Positions 60,150-64,000 of a DNA stretch of 64,000 nucleotides are shown here, one piece after another. Position 1 is the first letter of the stretch. Every line of letters starts with the position of its first letter. Origin of the DNA: Phyllosticta citribraziliensis (lineage: Eukaryota); assembly GCF_038025025.1 (NCBI RefSeq), contig NW_027117346.1:1736001-1800000 (forward strand), written 5' to 3'. Both the position numbers and the translations under genes were made by a program. The notes beneath the pieces are model-generated. The model worked only from the letters and a program-made list of their open reading frames with translations. It searched no databases and was not told the origin of the DNA.

Positions 60150-63100
60150 ATGGCTTCAGTGCAACCCACATCCGGCATGCCAGGCCCTAATCAAGGCGGC
60201 GTCATGGCCCTGCCTGCTGGCATCACCAAGGAACAAATCCAGAGCACATACATGGTATGCCATTGCGCCAATGCCTCGGCTGGACTGATGCGCTGACTTT
60301 TTGTCCAGAAATATCAGCAAATGAAGCAGAATAATGTTCGAGAAGACGACCCCGAGTATATCAAAGTGCGCAATATCCTCCAGGCTGTCACTCAGCAACA
60401 AATGATTCAGAAGCAAAAGAGGGCATACATGGAGAAGCAGCAGCAGCAGCAGCAGCAGCAAATGTTGCAGCAACAGCAACAGCAACAGCAAAATGGCACG
60501 ACCCACGCTGCCAACGGTGCTCAAGTTGCTTCGGCACCAACAGTCAACGGCTCAATGGGTGCCACCGCTGGATCAGGGTCCAATGACAATGGCATCAATC
60601 ACACCTCACAGCAGGCTGGATCGGATGGGAAGTCTGCCCAAGGCACCCCTGGGCCAATGATTAATGGTTTCACGCAGCAGCAGATCCATTTGCTGCGTCA
60701 ACAAGTCGCCATCTTCAAGCGTCTGTCCAAGGCTAGCTCTCTTACACCTGACATGCAACAATCGCTTTTCCCTTCGAAACAGGCCACCAAATCTCCAACT
60801 CCGGCAGAGGCCGTCGCTGCGGCCGGACAAGCATTGGAAAAGCCGACTGAGACTGCCGACAAGGAAGAGGATAATGCTCACAAGGGCTTCAAGACTTTTA
60901 CTGACCCGTACTCTTTGTTTGACAAGACCATCAGCTACTCGAACCACGCGCTTCGGGAAAAGAGGCCCATCCTTCCGAGTATCATGCCCGTCGGTGTTGA
61001 CGTCGACAAGGTCCGCGAAGAACGCGAAATCATCCTCTACAACCGCATCCAGGCACGGAAAGAGGAACTGGAATCACTGCCAGCAAACGTTGGAATATGG
61101 GACACGAGCAAGTCTGACGCTCCGAGCGACGAACATGGCAAGAACCTGAAGCTGAAGGCCTTGATCGAATACAAGAAATTGTGCCTTCTCCCGAAGCAAA
61201 CCCAACTCCGTCGAGAAATCGGGAAGCAAATGCTGTATGCCGATAACCTCGCCATGACAGCAAATAGGGCCATGTATCGGAGGGTCAAGAAACAGTCGCT
61301 GCGGGAAGCCCGCATCACGGAGAAGCTGGAGAAGCAACAGCGGGATGCTCGAGAAAGCAAGGAAAAGAAGGAGCAGAACGACCAACTCAAGGCGGTCGTT
61401 CTGCGTGGCGAAGAAATCTCCAAGGCCGCAATTAACCAGAAGCATCGCCTTCAGCGACTGGGTCGTACTATGCTTCAGACTCACCAAAATATCGAAAAGG
61501 AAGAGCAGAAGCGTGTGGAGCGGACAGCGAAGCAGCGTCTGCAGGCTTTGAAAGCCAACGACGAGGAGACGTACCTCAAGCTTCTCGGCCAGGCAAAGGA
61601 CACTCGCATTTCTCACTTGCTCAAGCAGACGGACGGTTTCCTCGGCCAGCTTGCTGCTTCGGTCAAGGAACAACAACGAAGCGCAGCACACCGGTACGGC
61701 CAAGACGTTGTCAGCGAACCGTCAGACGACGAAGACGACGCCTTGGAAGACGACGACCCGCAGAAGAAGTCCAACAGGATTGACTACTACGAGGTCGCCC
61801 ATCGCATTAAGGAAGAAGTCACCGATCAATCGTCGAATCTTGTGGGTGGCAGGTTGAAGGAGTACCAGCTCAAGGGTTTGCAGTGGATGATTTCTCTCTA
61901 CAACAACAACCTCAACGGAATCCTCGCCGACGAAATGGGACTGGGCAAGACTATCCAAACCATCTCGCTCATTACGTACCTGATTGAGAAGAAGCAACAG
62001 CCGGGTCCATTTTTAGTGATAGTGCCGCTTTCAACCCTTACCAACTGGAATAACGAGTTTGAAAAGTGGGCACCGAGCGTCAAGCGCATCGTTTACAAGG
62101 GTCCGCCAGCACAGCGACGAGTTCAACAGCAGCAAATTCGCTGGGGCAACTTCCAAGTCCTGCTCACGACCTACGAATTCATCATCAAGGACCGCCCGAT
62201 CCTCAGCAAGATCAAGTGGTTGCACATGATTGTCGACGAAGGCCATCGCATGAAAAACGCCAATTCGAAGCTTAGCAGCACCATCACACAGTACTACACC
62301 ACCCGCTATCGCCTCATTCTCACTGGTACGCCACTGCAAAATAACCTTCCAGAATTGTGGGCGCTCCTCAATTTCGTCCTCCCCACCATCTTCAAGTCTG
62401 TCAAGTCTTTTGATGAGTGGTTCAACACGCCCTTTGCCAACACTGGTGGTCAAGACAAGATGGAGCTCTCAGAAGAAGAGCAACTGCTCGTCATCCGTCG
62501 TCTCCACAAGGTGCTTCGTCCATTCTTGCTTCGTCGTCTCAAGAAGGATGTCGAAAAGGACTTGCCCGACAAGCAGGAGCGCGTCATCAAGTGCACCTTT
62601 TCTGCACTCCAGGCCAAGTTGTACAAGCAGCTAGTCAACCACAACAGGCTCATGGTCAGCGACGGCAAAGGCGGCAAGACTGGTATGCGCGGTCTGAGCA
62701 ACATGCTAATGCAGTTGCGCAAACTCTGCAACCATCCCTTTGTCTTTGAGGAAGTCGAGGACCAGGTCAATCCTGGCCGTGGCACCAACGACCTCATCTG
62801 GAGAACTGCAGGCAAGTTCGAGCTTCTGGACAGGATATTACCCAAGTTCCAGGCAACTGGCCACAGGGTGTTGATGTTTTTCCAAATGACCCAAATCATG
62901 AACATCATGGAGGACTTTTTGCGTCTGAGAGGATTGCAATATCTCCGTCTTGATGGTTCGACCAAGTCTGACGACCGGTCGGAGCTCTTGAGACTGTTCA
63001 ATGCTCCCAACTCGCCCTACTTTTGCTTCCTGCTCTCCACACGTGCTGGTGGTCTAGGATTGAACTTGCAGTCAGCAGACACTGTCATCATCTACGACTC

Positions 63101-64000
63101 CGACTGGAACCCTCATCAGGATCTGCAAGCGCAGGACCGTGCTCACCGTATCGGTCAAAAGAACGAGGTCAGAATCCTGCGCCTCATCTCCTCCAACTCG
63201 GTCGAAGAAAAGATTTTGGAGCGCGCCAATTTCAAGCTCGATATGGATGGCAAAGTCATTCAGGCTGGCAAATTCGACAACAAGTCGACCAACGAGGAAC
63301 GTGATGCCATGCTCAGAATCATGTTGGAAAGCGCCGAGGCTGCGGAAAACCTTGAGCAGGCAGAAATGGACGACGAAGATCTAAACGTGATTATGATGAG
63401 GAGCGACAATGAGCTTGATGTTTTCAGAGACATTGACGCACGTCGCGCCAGAGAAGACCAGTTTGGGCCGGACAAGAAGTTTCCCCGTCTACTGAGCGAA
63501 GCCGAGCTGCCTGAAATCTACGTCAGTGACGACAATCCAGTCGTGGAAGAGATTGAGGAAAGCACCGGTCGTGGCGCTCGCGAAAGGAGACAGGTCAAAT
63601 ACGACGACGGTCTCACTGAGGAGCAATGGCTGGAGGCTGTCGACAATGACGAGGACACGATCGAAGCAGCGATTGCTCGTAAGGAGGCGGCAAAGGTGCG
63701 ACGTGCGACTAACAAGGCCAGGCGCGGGGGCGACGATGCCGAGTCGCCTGCCCCTTCTCGGGAGAGTTCTGAAGAGCCTCAGCCTCCAAAAAAGCGTGGA
63801 CGTAAGCCCAAGGTGACGGAAAAGCGCAAAGCAGATGAGGCATCGCTCGACGGTGATGTTACGCCTGCTCCTCGCAAACGCGGTCGCCAGGCCAAGACTA
63901 CCGAGACGCTCTCTCCTGAGGATCGGCAAGCGCTGCAAAAGATTCTCAACAACGTCTACGAGGCATTGAATGACTTGGAAGAGCAGCCGCCACCTGGAGA
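60150..64000 (+). CDS. SNF2-family chromatin remodelling ATPase, STH1/Snf21-like (RSC/SWI-SNF); runs off the window end
   Basis: Poly-Q, QLQ-like and HSA regions, LKEYQLKGLQW, NGILADEMGLGKTIQT, IVDEGHRMKN, LILTGTPLQNNL, QLRKLCNHP, LSTRAGGLGLNL, QAQDRAHRIGQ; intron about 60255-60308. Confidence 0.95.
60438..60491 (+). repeat. CAG/CAA poly-glutamine tract in the SNF2-family gene
   Basis: cag cag cag... caa atg ttg cag caa cag caa cag caa cag caa. Confidence 0.85.

Overview
Gene-dense, intron-containing eukaryotic DNA with short GT..AG introns and CTRAC/CTAAC-type branch points, consistent with a filamentous ascomycete (Pezizomycotina). I can support 21 protein-coding genes and 3 intron-containing tRNA genes; I see no recognisable transposon or CRISPR array. 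The standout is a rearranged purine-biosynthesis locus. The GARS-AIRS enzyme that is fused in yeasts (ADE5,7/ade1) is split here: a stand-alone GARS gene (16945-18277, +) lies head-to-head, 320 bp away, with one reading frame encoding homoserine kinase fused to AIR synthetase (16624-14445, -). A single inversion of a divergent THR1/GARS segment would produce this layout. Other points of interest: a head-to-head VIT-vWA / HeLo-like-N-domain gene pair, a tandem tRNA-Gly pair 24 nt apart, a four-exon V-ATPase subunit f-like microprotein absent from the ORF track, and several candidate regulatory features. All calls come from reading motifs by eye; no database searches were run.
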